Part shown: one piece after another, positions 1 through 11,800 of the stretch | Layout: each line of letters opens with the position of its first letter | How positions within the stretch are numbered: position 1 is the stretch's first letter | Source: Mustelus asterias | Lineage: Eukaryota | Assembly (NCBI RefSeq): GCF_964213995.1 | Contig: NC_135814.1 | Span: forward strand, 68,758,001 to 68,822,000 | Length of the DNA: 64,000 bases | Direction of reading: 5' to 3' | Program-made: the position numbers and the translations under genes | Notes under the pieces: model-generated | Told to the model about the DNA's origin: nothing | Seen by the model: only the letters and a program-made list of their open reading frames with translations | The model's database searches: none

Positions 1-200
1 AATCCCACCATGAATTCAATAACAAAAATAAATCTGGAATTAAAAGTCTAAGGATGGCCATGGAACTATTGACAACTGTCATAAAAACTCATCTGGTTCA
101 CTAATGTCCTTTAGGAAAAGAAATCTGCCGTCCTTACCTGATCTGGCCTACATGTGACTCCAAAACCACAGCAATGTCATTGACTCTTGAATGGGCTAGT
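1..200 (+). mobile_element. Elasmobranch SINE fragment (non-HE1 family)
   Basis: Recurrent motif CATCTGGTTCACTAATGTCCTTTAGG..AAATCTGCCGTCCTTACCTG; a related copy lies in reverse at about 52620-52870. Confidence 0.6.
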
Positions 201-522
201 GAATGAAAGTCAACATAAATTTGTTAAAGAGCAATTCATGTTTGACGAAGTGGATCATGTTCTTTGATGAAATATTGGAGAGGGTTGATGAGGGTGGCAC
301 AGGTGATGCTGTGTATAGGAACTTTCATAGGCTGCACGAACACTTATTCCTCTGAGTGTCAGCCATGATTCAGTTAGAAACACTCTTGTTTATGTATCAC
401 ACAGTTCAAATTCCACACTAGGACTTAAGCACTAAAATCAAGCTGGATAACTGAGAACCCATCTATCTGCTCAGGTAAATTAAAAGACCCAATGATGTTA
501 GTTTGAGGAAGACCAGGAGACA

Positions 523-855
523 GGCACAGTGGTTAGCACTGCTGCCTCACTTCGCCAGGAACCCGGGTTTGATTCCAGCCTTAGGGTACTGTGTGGAGTT
601 TGCACATTCGCCCCGTGTCTGTGTGGTTTCCTCTAGGTGCTCCGGTTTCCTCCCACAGTCCAAAGATGTGCAGGTTGGGTGGATTGGCCATGCTAAAGTG
701 CCCCTTAGTTTCCCATGATACGTAGATTAGGGAGCTTAGTGGAGTAAATACATGGGGTTATTATATATAGCCTGGGTGGGATGCTCTTTCGGAGAGTCGG
801 TGCAGACTTGATGGGCCGAATGGCCTCCTTTTGCACGGTAGGGATTCTATTCTAT
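523..855 (+). mobile_element. HE1-type tRNA-derived V-SINE, full length
   Basis: Pol III box A (GGCACAGTGGTTAG) and box B (GGTTTGATTCC), V core TGTGGAGTTTGCACATTC..GGTTTCCTCCCACAGTCCAAAGA, CR1-like tail GGGCCGAATGGCC..ATTCTATTCTAT. Confidence 0.9.
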
Positions 856-910
856 AGAATCCTGGTTCCTGGCCAACATACATCCCTCAATCAACATCAC
901 AAAACATATT

Positions 911-2010
911 GGAGGGGCGATTCTCCCACCCTGCAACGCAGCGGGCCGGGAGACTCAAGTGGAGGCTGTTAATCAGGCTTCCCATTGGATGCCAGAGCCT
1001 CCGCAAGTCTCCGGCCATCGGATTTATGGCACCGTCAGCTCTGTGCCAGAAATCGGCATGGAGGTATGTAATTTATGGAGATGCTCATTATAATATAATT
1101 TGCATTGAATTGGCAGGCCCGGGACTGAAGGCTCCAGGCCCGCTCGCATCTTCCCCCTCCCCCCCACCCCGCCAGGAGTGTTTCACTCCAGTAGGGTTTA
1201 CAACAGCTCCCCACTAGAGGGGAGCTGGCAGCCAGACCCCACAGGAATGAAGGGGGGCCATTGAGGCCCCCCAGAGTGTCGGGGCAAGGGGAGGATGCCC
1301 CCTTTGGCATTGCCAGCTTCGCACTGCCAGCCTGGCCCATTGACACTGCCCAAGTGGCAAAGTGGCACTGCCCACTGGGCATCGGGCAGTGCCAAGAGGG
1401 TGGGGCCAGAGGGGGGAGTGGCCTAATGGGGGCAGGGCATCTGGGAGGAAGATCAGTGGGGTTGGGGGTCCCCCTGCCACTCTGCACTGGGATCAATGAT
1501 AGAGGGAGGGAGGCCAACAATTGGGGCTGGAGGGGAAGGGGGTCAGTCTGCCGAGGGGGGTTGGTACTTGGAGGAGGAGGGGTCAGGACTGGGGGTGGTC
1601 AGGAGATCGGGAATGCCGGGGGCGGGGGGGTGGATCGAGGCTGGCCCAGAGACGGCCCGGCAGCCAGCGAATGGGACGTGGCGGTGGGGGGTCGCACAGC
1701 CGGAGGTGCAGGAGTCGTGGGGCTGGCCTGCCATCAGGAGTCCGGCAGTGCGGGGCTACTCCACATGCACTAATCTCCACGCTGACAGATCGGTGGATTC
1801 GCAGTGGTCCGCTCAACACGATGCTGCCAGCCTCTCCAGCGGGAATAGACCCTGCCCACAAAATTGTAATGCGGTTCACGCTAGTGCACTCTGCAGTGCA
1901 CAGAGTGTGGGAGATTCATTGTGAAAATCCCGCTGAATAAAAACCAGCGATATTTACTCCAGTTTTTATGTGAATTCGACACTTAGAATTTTTTTGGAAG
2001 AATCCCACCC
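911..2010. mobile_element. GC-rich non-autonomous DNA transposon (MITE-like, probably PIF/Harbinger group)
   Basis: Imperfect TIRs (GGGGCGATTCTCCC / GGAAGAATCCCACCC), 3-bp ATT duplication at both ends, clean interruption of a Deu-SINE; a related copy lies in the opposite orientation at 60146. Confidence 0.7.
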
Positions 2011-2287
2011 ATTACCTGGTCATTATCACATTGCTGTTTGTGAAGTTTGCTGTGTGCACCTTGGCTGCTTTCTCTAACAGTGACTTTGAAGTTGTTCCGC
2101 TGGTTGTAAAGCTCTTTGAGATGGCCAGTGGTCATGAAAAGAATGTAAATTATATAATTTTTTAAAGGATAATTAAGGATTATATATTTTATTTATGAGC
2201 ATTTGACGAAGTACCACATAATAGAATTGTGAGCAAAGTTAAATTCCATGTCATTGAAAGAAGAGCGGCACAATGGATACAATATTG

Positions 2288-2453
2288 AAACTGCCCATTA
2301 TTCATGTAATTTGAGTCTGTGTCTTTTTAAGCTCTGTTTGTGAACAGAATTCCCACTCACCTGAAGAAGGGGCTAAGAGCTCCGAAAGCTTGTGTGGCTT
2401 TTGCTACCAAATAAACCTGTTGGACTTTAACCTGGTGTTGTTAAACTTCTCAC
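2288..2453 (+). mobile_element. Penelope-like element terminal (pLTR) fragment
   Basis: Close match to 56785-56940, the end of the GIY-YIG element; flanked by the duplication ACAATATTG (2279-2287, 2452-2460). Confidence 0.85.
2357..2394 (+). ncRNA. Minimal type I hammerhead ribozyme motif (Penelope-associated)
   Basis: CAC-CTGAAGA-A-[GGGGCT AAG AGCTCC]-GAAA-GCTT-GTG: conserved core boxes, helix II, palindromic AGCT helix III, short helix I CAC/GTG. Confidence 0.65.
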
Positions 2454-2479
2454 AATATTGGCCAAGGAGAAAGAAAGGC

Positions 2480-2665
2480 ACCGCCCCCTCGCTGTCTCCA
2501 GGCCCCGCCCCTCTCGCTGTCTCCAGGCCCCGCCCATCCGGGTGTCTCCAGGCCCCGCCCATCCGGGTGTCTCCAGGCCCCGCCCATCCGGGTGTCTCCA
2601 GGCCCCGCCTCTCTCGCTGACCCCATGCTCCGCCCCTACCGCCGTCCCTAGGTCCCCGCCCTCTG
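2480..2665 (+). promoter_or_regulatory. TATA-less WDR75 promoter: 25-bp minisatellite with tandem Sp1/KLF GC boxes
   Basis: Units of TGTCTCCAGGCCCCGCCC(ATCCGGG or CTCTCGC) start at 2493, 2518, 2543, 2568 and 2593, with further CCGCCC boxes near 2481, 2630 and 2656, immediately upstream of exon 1. The CpG-rich zone runs to about 3010. Confidence 0.85.
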
Positions 2666-2705
2666 CAGTTCACGCAGTTGAGGTCAGGAGTCAGAGGTCG
2701 GGAAG

Positions 2706-2800
2706 ATGGTGGAAATGGCTGAGGCGCCTGATGTGCGTGTGCTTCGCTGCGGCGGCAGCAAAATGAACTACCGACGGCCCGTCTTCTCCAGCGACAGCAA
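2706..2800 (+). CDS. WDR75: WDR75 exon 1 (coding part)
   Basis: Strong Kozak gaagATGG; [31 protein letters not shown](K); donor gtgagc at 2801. A second in-frame ATG is at codon 4. Confidence 0.93.
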
Positions 2801-5800
2801 GTGAGCGCTGCCCCGAGCCGCTCGGTGCCGGCACCTCAGCCCGATCCGAGGCTGCGAGCGGGGATCCCGGCGGGGGAAGCTGTTTGGAGCCACGCGGTGT
2901 CTGCCTATACCCGGCTCTGGGCTTCATTCTGATTGCCGGGTTGGGGGGGTGGGACTCTGGGTAACAACTGCAGCTAGCAAGGGCAGGAAGGGCCGAGCGG
3001 CCCTCTGTGTCCGAGTCCTGGTGCTGTGATAACTGCTGATAATTAGACATATTTATCTTTGTACTGAGTTGGGAAGCTCCGTGTGATACAAGCGAATGCC
3101 CTGATTTTATAATGCAGCCTGTTGTTTATATGTTTTAGTGATATTAATAGAGTCTTGCAGTTTATTACTTTCTATCCAAAATTACAAAATTATCGCATTT
3201 GCTACTGTCTTTGTTTCACTTCTATCTAATCAATGGGAGTAGCTTACAACTGATCAAATGGAGTCTCCTGTTTGTTGTGATTGCCAATTCCCTTTATTTT
3301 TCCATAAATATTTGCCCACACCATTTTCTAACGCAAATGATTAGTTTGTGATTAAATTATGAATTGGTGTTTTAATAATTGCATCTTTCTAATTTATTTT
3401 ATTGAAAAGTTGTCAATGTTTTCAGATGAAAATCAAATCCTTATACTAGTGAGAGTTTAATGGTGCTCAACATCACCATTGCTGCATTCTTCCAGCACAA
3501 ATTGTACTGTCAAAAACTTGCAACGGCCTGCACTGAATTGTACTCGATAACAACAGTTTGCCTATTGATATAGTGGCATTAATGTAGTAAAGTAACCTTA
3601 GGCACTTCATCAGAAGCATTATCAAACTAAATTTTCCCACAATGTGCACGAATTTGCAACAGTCAGAAAAGATTTCACCCTGGATTTCAGGAGCTTGAGC
3701 AGTAGCTGGAGTCACTGGTGCATAAAGCTGAGAGTTACGTGGATAGTGTTATTATTTGAGGGATGTGGATACTGCAACTTAATAGTGTGCAGAGAAGAGT
3801 CAAGTAGTACCAAGCAGTTAGTGCAGGATCTCCTGCATCTTGCTCTCCACTCGGCATTCAATTCTGAATAGTCAGTGCAGCCAGAGGAAAGGCCTGAGGT
3901 CTATAAATGGCATAGCTATCCAGGGAAAGGGGGGGGGGGGGGGGGGGGGTGGAGAGGTCAAGAAAGCAATAGTAATAGGTGATTCAATAGTTTTGTAATT
4001 GGTCCCTTTGAGAAAGTGACTGCAGTGATGCAAGTGCAGGAGTTCCAAGATTTTGACCTAAACACAGTGAAGTAATGGCTATATAGTTCCAAGTCAGGGT
4101 GCTGTGTGACCTGGAGGGGAAATTGCAGGTGTAGGTGTTCCCATGCATCTGCTGCCCTTGTCCTATAGTAAAGGTTGCAGGTTTGGAAAATAGTGATGAA
4201 AGAGTTTTGACGCTTTGGTGCACTGCATCTTGTAGATGATGCACGCTGATGCCACTGAGCACTGATGGTGGAGGAAATTAATGTTTCAAGGTGGTCAGTG
4301 GGGTGCTGATCAAGTGGGCTGCTTTTTCTTGTGTTGTTGGAGCTGCACTTTCCAGGCAACTGAAGGGTATTCTATCATATTTCTAACTTTTGCGTTGTAG
4401 AAGGTGGGCAGGGTTTGGGAAGCCAGGTGATAGTTAGTTACCTGCTGCAGAATTCCCAGCCTCTGAACTGTTCTTGTAGCCACTATTTTATGGCTGGTTC
4501 AGTTAGGTTTCTGGTCAGCAGTAACCCCCAGGATGTTGATGGTGTGGCATTCATTGTTGGGAATGCTATTGACTGTCCAAGGAAGATGATTAGATTTTCT
4601 CTTGTTGGAGAGGATCATTTCCTGACACTTGTGTGCCATGAATGTTATTGCCACTTAATAGCCCAAGCCTGAATGTTATCTGGGTCTTGTTGCATGCAGG
4701 CACAGACTGCTTCAGTATCTGAGGAGTTGCAAATGGCACTGAACATTGTGCAATCATCATTGAACATCACCATTTCTAAGCTTATGTTGGAGGAAAGGTC
4801 ACTCTTGAAGCAGCTCAAGATGGTTCAGCCAAGGAGACACCAAGGTGTTCCTGAGGAACACCTGCAACAATATCTTGGGGCTCTTGGAGAAATAGACGGA
4901 CATTTCTGCAGCCATTATCAGCCTAACTCTAGGATGATTGCATATCACCACCCTGGTGTTGGGGTTAAGAATATTACTGAACAGCTGCACAACGTTCTGA
5001 GAGAGCAGTCAGCGGTCATAGTGCATATTAGTACCAATGACATAGAAAGAGAGATGAGGTACTGCAGGTAGATTTCAGGAGGCTAAGAAGAAATTAAAAA
5101 TAGATCCTCAACGATTATTCATGCTGTCACGTGCCTGAGTACCATGATGAAGCAGGAGGATAGTACAGTTAACTATGTGACTCGGTGATGCCAGAGGGAG
5201 TGTTTTAGATTCCTAAGGCACTGGGACTGGTTTTGGGGATGTGGTACCTATGCAAGGGAGGTTCTCCCTCAGTGGGGCTTGGACCAGCATTGTGGTGGGT
5301 GGGAGGATTTGCTGCTATTGCTGAGGAGAGCTTGGTAGGCGATAGGAACCTGAGCATAAATTCAGATTGAAGAGAAGAATACGGAAACCGAAGGGAGGAA
5401 AATGGTATGGAAGGTTGAGGAAACAAAGGCCAGAAAATAGCCAACAAAGGAGCTTTTCATTCATTAGTGGTATATTCTTTGATGCAAGGAGTCTAGTTAG
5501 TGCATGCGGTTGATGAGCTGAGGATGTAGATTCTCGAAAGTGTAATATGACTGTTATTGAAATGTTGCTTAAAGGGCAGGAATTCCAATTCAACATTTCT
5601 GATAACGGTATTCGGATGGGATAGAAAGAGGGATTTTTTTTTTAATGGTTGTAATATTGATTAAAGAAACAATTACAGATGTGAGGAGCAATGATACACT
5701 AGAGCTACCATCAAATCAGGTCATATAGGTTGAACTGAAGAACAAAAAGGAGTAATTGCATTACTGGGAGTGTGCCAAAGGCCCTGAAACAAGCAGAGGG

Positions 5801-8800
5801 AGATAAGAGCAAATATATAGGCAAATTGTTGAGAAGTACAGAAAAAAGGGTAATAACAGTAGAGGATATAAACTAGCCTAATATTAACTGGGATACATTC
5901 AGTATCAAAAATATGGAGGGTACAGAATTTATCAAATGCATTCAGAAGTAACTTGTTAGTCATTAGACAGAGTAGAGCTTGCTTTTTAAGATTTGTTTTT
6001 TCCCCTTTAAAGAATAGTACTCAGACATTTAATGTTTTGCAGATATTTGTTTTGTGCTTCGGGAGATCTTGTAAAAGTCTACAGTACAGCCACGCAGGAA
6101 TGTGTGCATGTCCTGAAAGGTCATAAGAATCTTATCACAGGCATTCAGCTTAATCCCAAAAATCATTTGCAGGTAAGAAAGTTTTTTTGCAATGTTTGTC
6201 TACAACACAAAACAAATTGCATAAAGTGAGGGAACTTTGTTAAGTTGCTTCAGCTGTGGAAGACAACCCTGGAGACTTATTTTATATATTGGCCATGATG
6301 ATGTGACTGCCTGCAAATTAAATACATTCCAACTCTCTATCCTAATTTAGCCAGAGTTCCATAACCACTCCTAAGGCTTGGACACCTTCCCAGCCAAAGA
6401 TACACAACTATGTTTGAGATGATGTAGAAATTTTATTTTTCCATGGTCAAAAAATACACATATATCAAAAAAACCGAGATGAACATATCGACAGCATTTA
6501 AAATTCCATGGTATGTGGGCTCAATTTAATAAGAAAGCAGGGTAAATTAGACAAGATGTGCCTCATCACTTACCAGTTGATTGGGATTGTGATGTAATCG
6601 AATAGGTTTATTGGGAATGGATTACCTTCAGCTGATTTGATCTTTTTGAAAATGATTTGTAAAGATCAAAAGGGGATTGCTTTTAAATTGTAGGCCTCCC
6701 ATAAAGAGTTTTCCTTGAAATATGATCTTGACCTCGCCTCCTGTGTACTATAGGCTTTTAACTAATAGAAGGCACTGATATTTATTTTCCTTCAGAAAAA
6801 AGGGAAAAGTCTTCCATGAAACAATCAAACCCTGAAAAATATCAAACCAGCACAACTGTTGGTTCTGTAGTCCTCCTTTCATAGAAGCATGTGCCTTATC
6901 TCCCAGTATGGTTCAGAGTCTAAAAAATAGCCATTATTTGGTTCAAACTTACAGCTGCAAAATTTAATAAATGACATCTCATAAACCTACACAGTTTACC
7001 TTTTAACTGCAGTGAAAAGTGTTTTAAAATTGCCGCTGATAATCCAGTTATTTGTTCACAGTTGTACTCTACTTCATTGGATGGGACTATTAAACTGTGG
7101 GATTTCACCGATGGGATATTAATAAAAGTAAGTGATGCTGTACTCTGAAGCACATATTTTAAAAAATGATTATTTTTTGTGTGTGATAACTTATTTATTT
7201 TCTCTAGACTTTTGTTGTGGATTTTAAACTGCTTGCTCTGTACACATCTGCTGCTGATGAAAAGTCCATCTTTGCTATTATTTCAAGAGATAACAAAGAA
7301 GCTTCAGGTAACAAAAGCTTTGATATCTGGTTTAAGAAAGGTTATCCTTTGCGAACATTGCTTGTATGTGCAGCTAAACATGGGGGGAAAAGTGATACAG
7401 GACTCTGAGAAGCTGATTTATCACAGTAATATAATCAGCTGCATGCTTTAATATTCATTGCTCTGTTCTGTAAAATATTGTGATCATAATACAGTGGTTA
7501 AATTCCTAGCTATTTTGTAGTAATATCTTGTAGGAGTTTGGAATGTACAGAAATTTTAATTTTGAGCATCAGTGTGCATGTTATTATAACTTCCTGATTC
7601 CCCAGCATTGCACACAGTGATGCGCTGGGGAATCCCTCTAGGAAGTTCTGGCAATTGCCCAGAAGTGCTGACTTCCCTTGGGCACTTGTACTGGGCTGGG
7701 AACCATCAGCCAGAAATGATTTAAATCACTAACTTCAGCTGGTTCTGCCAGTTTTATTCTGATAGTTAGATTTTGCTCTGAAAGAGGTAAAAGGAAAAAA
7801 TCATGCCTAACTCCAAAGTGACAACTTTAAACACCCACACCGGGCCCCTCTCAGGACACCCCGCGCGCGCACGATCCCCCACATCATCCCCTACCAAGCT
7901 CCCACTCCCATCTCCCAGACTGAGCAAAATTACCAGATCAGCTGATAATCTTAAATCAGTTGTTGGTGTTCCTATTAGCGCATTCAGGATTGTTCAGCAA
8001 GTGCCACTTAATCACAGAATCGCATCTAACAGTAGATGTTTTGTTTGGAGTTTTATAAGCATGTGTTGGTTGAGTATGGTCTGTACTCTGCCTATTACAT
8101 GCAGCTGAGGAACATATTTATTGATTTGGTCAGCCAATCATTGGGGCATATGGCCTCTATACCTGACATCGCACCAGCACTGAAATTCATATACAACATT
8201 GCACATTTGTGTGGCAGGCAGAATGTCTTTTTTGATTGGCAGCAATCTGTTAGTGGAATATGCCACTTGCCCTGCCACTGTGCAGTCGCAGTTGGAAATG
8301 GCTTGTACAACTTATTCAAATTTTTAAGATGCTTTGCCTTTCCATGGAACTTTGAGATAGCCCAGGCACTTCTCAGATTCAAAAATTACAGCCTTTGGCC
8401 CATTTACGAGTTTGCATGATCCACAAAAATGATGTCTCATTGCAGCCTAGTTTATCAATTCAATTTTAACAATCAGTTCAATTTTAACACCACCAGGTTT
8501 GACCCAAATAAATGGTGTAGCCATATGATCCCCTCTAGGTCTGGCACTCGCCAACATTTTCATTGCTTTTCTTGTGAAACATGTTTTTGATGGAAAGAGC
8601 CCTAAACCCCTATCCTGTGCATATTTCCAATATATAGGTGCTTGTGACCTTTGAATCCGCTACCACTTACAAGGATTTCCTTGCACACCTTAATACCCTC
8701 CATCCTGCGCTCAAATTCACTCATTGAGATGGAGTAGTGTTAATGTGCTCCCTTTCCTCAATCTGCTAGTTGACCATTCGGAATCAATTTGCCAACCAGT

Positions 8801-11800
8801 CAGCACCCAATTTCTCCTGTCGTTTAAATTGTTGTGATCATTTGAAGTTCTTGGGTTTGTCTTGATGAGCGCAAGACAAAAAACTTCAGCAGCATTCAAG
8901 TTCTGTATTACCAAGTGACTGTGTAATTAATTTAGCAGCCAATTTCAACAATAGTAATTGTTTTTTCTGATCAAGTACAATAGATTTTAGATTTTGATGG
9001 CAAATTGGCTTTTTCATTTTATTAATCAGTGGAATGTTTTCAAATGCAAATCATGACATGTAAATTTGGATGGTTCCTGACTTGCTCCTGCTTTGCAATC
9101 TGTGTTGTTCTCCAGGGAGGTTTCAATTGATATCCATCAATCTGCCCAAATCAACCACTCAAGAAGTTGAAGCAAAAGACTTCATTGTCATTTTGGATGA
9201 TGTATATCAGTCACCAAAGTCAATTGCTTTTGGCAGAGAGGTACGACTCTTGGATTATCCAGTTTTAAAATAAAAGTAATTTTAAATACATATATAAAAA
9301 TGCTCTTCCTCAAATTTGTCAAACAAAATAATATGAAACAATTTATGACGAGTCACATTGATTACAGGTTGAAATGAGTTTTCACATTAATGGCTGCATT
9401 CTAATTGTTAAACGCTTTCCTATATATTTTTGATTGGAAGTGGAAAGGCAGTGCGAGTATAAATTGTAATAAAATTATTTCATATTGTTTAATAACATGA
9501 TATGTATAGCTAGAGAGAAGAAAAATTCCGAAGAGTGATTGACTTGAGGCTAAGATATAGTCTGATGAAGTGGTGAAGTGGTTGGGAAATATTCCGTGAA
9601 AGTTGTTGTAGGAAATGCCTCTTATGACTGACAGTGTTTCAAAACAAAGATAATTTGGGTATATGTTGAATAACATAAGGTAAAGGATTTAGATTAGAAT
9701 GAAAAATGCACCTCCTTTATTTGTTACATTTTCTATTATATTTTTATTTTCGATTAACAGTGTGTGTATGTTGCTTCAATCCGAGCTCTTGAACTCCATG
9801 TGCTTTTCTTCAAAAAGAAAAAGCGTTACAGGTAACCCTTAGTTGGAATATTATTCTGGGTTTTTTTTCTGCACACTTATTTCATCGTGTTAGACTAGCC
9901 CACAAAATCTGTTTGCAAACGAGGAAATAGCAAAATAATCCTGCTTTACTTTATATTTTTTAAGTTTTCGCTTGGGCATGAAAGATGGGAAAGGAGCTAA
10001 TATGTTCACCTGTGTGACCTGCCATCCAAAGGAAGACTGCATAGCAACAGGCCACAAAGATGGCAAAATCAGGCTCTGGTATGGTATTCTTTCATCTTAC
10101 TTTTGGAGTTTGTCTTTGATAAGCCACTTGTAACTAATTTTATTTGGTTTCCACCATGGGGAAAGCCTTTCTCTTGTGTACACTAAAATCCAAAAACCTA
10201 CTTATGACATACTTGGCACACAGAGGAATTCTTCCTTGCCTAACTGCCACGCGCATCATCAAAAACAGATGCAATACAAGTGAATATAAAATGGGTATGT
10301 GCTTTGTGATCTTGGTTTTTTCATGTAACTTATACCTAATTTTATAAGGACTTAAGATTTACCCTAGTTAGATGCAATCTGCAAACCAAGGCTTTCGTCC
10401 TTCTATAAGTAGTGTTAAATTATATTGGAGTTGAGATACTTGAAAATATCTTTTTCTTCTTCCTGTTCATGGCCTACTTTAATTCGGACAGCACCTTAAA
10501 TAAAAACTTCAGGCTAAGTTTATAGAATGCCTGTTGGAATTAATTTTAATTCTTTCCCCATTCCATATTATTGATGCAAGTATTTCACATTGTCTCATTA
10601 TTTTGTAACTACTAGAACGCAGACTACAATCATAGTTTGCTGAGAAAATGCCTTTGTACAAAATTCTGCTTGCCTGTATAAAGTACAGTCAGCAATAAGT
10701 GGCAAATGTTTATATAGCAATGAGATGTTCTATTATTTTCAACGAGAATAAGGACTGCTTTGGAGCTAAGATGTACAAGTATTAGAATGTCACTGTCCAA
10801 ATCTAGGAAATTGTTTCCAGAATCAGCATTTTAAATACTGTTTAACATGACAAATAAGTGGAAGGAAGATACAAGAGTGTTTTTCTTAAGTATGCAGTCT
10901 GAACTGAGATCAGATAATTCAGTACAGCTAGAGATCTCAGCTGAGATGTTCTTGTCTGTTTAGTATATGCTACCATAAAGTCAATATTGGTTGTCAGCGA
11001 AGCTTCGTGTAGAAAACCGAATTAAAGTAGGAGCTGATATGGAACACTTGGCATAGTTATTCATAAAAATGCTGCTATTTCGTGATACATTTATTAATAA
11101 ACTATTCATTTTTTGAAGTGTAATGAAAGCTTTCACTTAACGGAGGTGAAAAATAGATTCTAGCTTTTGAAAAGATGAGTTTCTAAATCTCACCTGAGAC
11201 TATTTTTAAATTCATAGGAGGAACTTTAATCACAAACAGGAGTATGTCTACTCAACAGAGCACTGGCACCACGATGCAGTCAATGATCTGATGTTTTCAG
11301 CAGAAGGTAGGAAAAATACATAGTCTTATTTCTAATCTTTCTAATCTATTTCTAATTTCTAAAGTCTAATCAGACTTTATCTGAAATGAAACAGATGGAT
11401 TTTTTTTCTTTTTACATTATTATAGTTCACAATTTTAAAAACTTTTTAAACTCTAATACAAAGTAAATTGACAGGACATGGAGTTAGTACTTACTACTAA
11501 CTTACCCCTTCAAACAGAAGCCTTTCATAGTCATTGCACCGCTGAAGGAGACCATTTGACCTATTAAGTCCATGCTGGCTCTTGGTAGAGTAATCCAGGC
11601 AGTTCCATTCTCCTACTCTATCCCCATCGCCCAATGAGTTTATTTCTTCCATTGCTACCCAGTTTCCTCTTGAAACCATTGCTTATCACTGCGTGAAATA
11701 AAATGTTCTTGCTCACATCTTCCTTGCATCTTTTCCCCAAAACTTCAAATCTGTCTCACTAGTGTTTATGCCAACAGCTAAATGAAGCATCTTTGCAGTG

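Larger units (their letters stand above)
355..2150 (+). mobile_element. Old Deu-domain SINE (SacSINE1/AmnSINE-like) split by two later insertions
   Basis: Pieces 355-520, 857-910 and 2011-2150 join into ...CCTGGCCAA..ATCCCTCAATCAACATCAC-AAAACA.ATT|ACCTGGTCATTATCACATTGCTGTTTGTG..., which I recall as the Deu-SINE body and tail. Confidence 0.7.
2195..2478 (+). mobile_element. Decayed CR1 RT fragment interrupted by a Penelope end
   Basis: With the insert removed it reads AFDEVPHNRIVSKVKFHVIERRAAQWIQY|WPRRKK (cf. CR1 AFDKVPH..WIQNWL). Confidence 0.7.

Noticed and set aside
523-600. tRNA-like sequence
   Set aside because: It is the tRNA-derived head of an HE1 SINE and runs straight into the SINE core
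909-1940. Overlapping Gly/Pro-rich ORFs of 100-170 aa on both strands
   Set aside because: Stop-poor GC-rich TE interior with no domain or splice structure
2493-2617. Regularly spaced repeats resembling a CRISPR array
   Set aside because: Head-to-tail 25-bp units with no unique spacers and no cas genes, in a vertebrate promoter; it is a minisatellite
3929-3949. Long G/C homopolymers (G21 here, C23 at 54343-54365)
   Set aside because: Simple slippage tracts in or near TEs, with lengths unreliable in assemblies; no evidence of function
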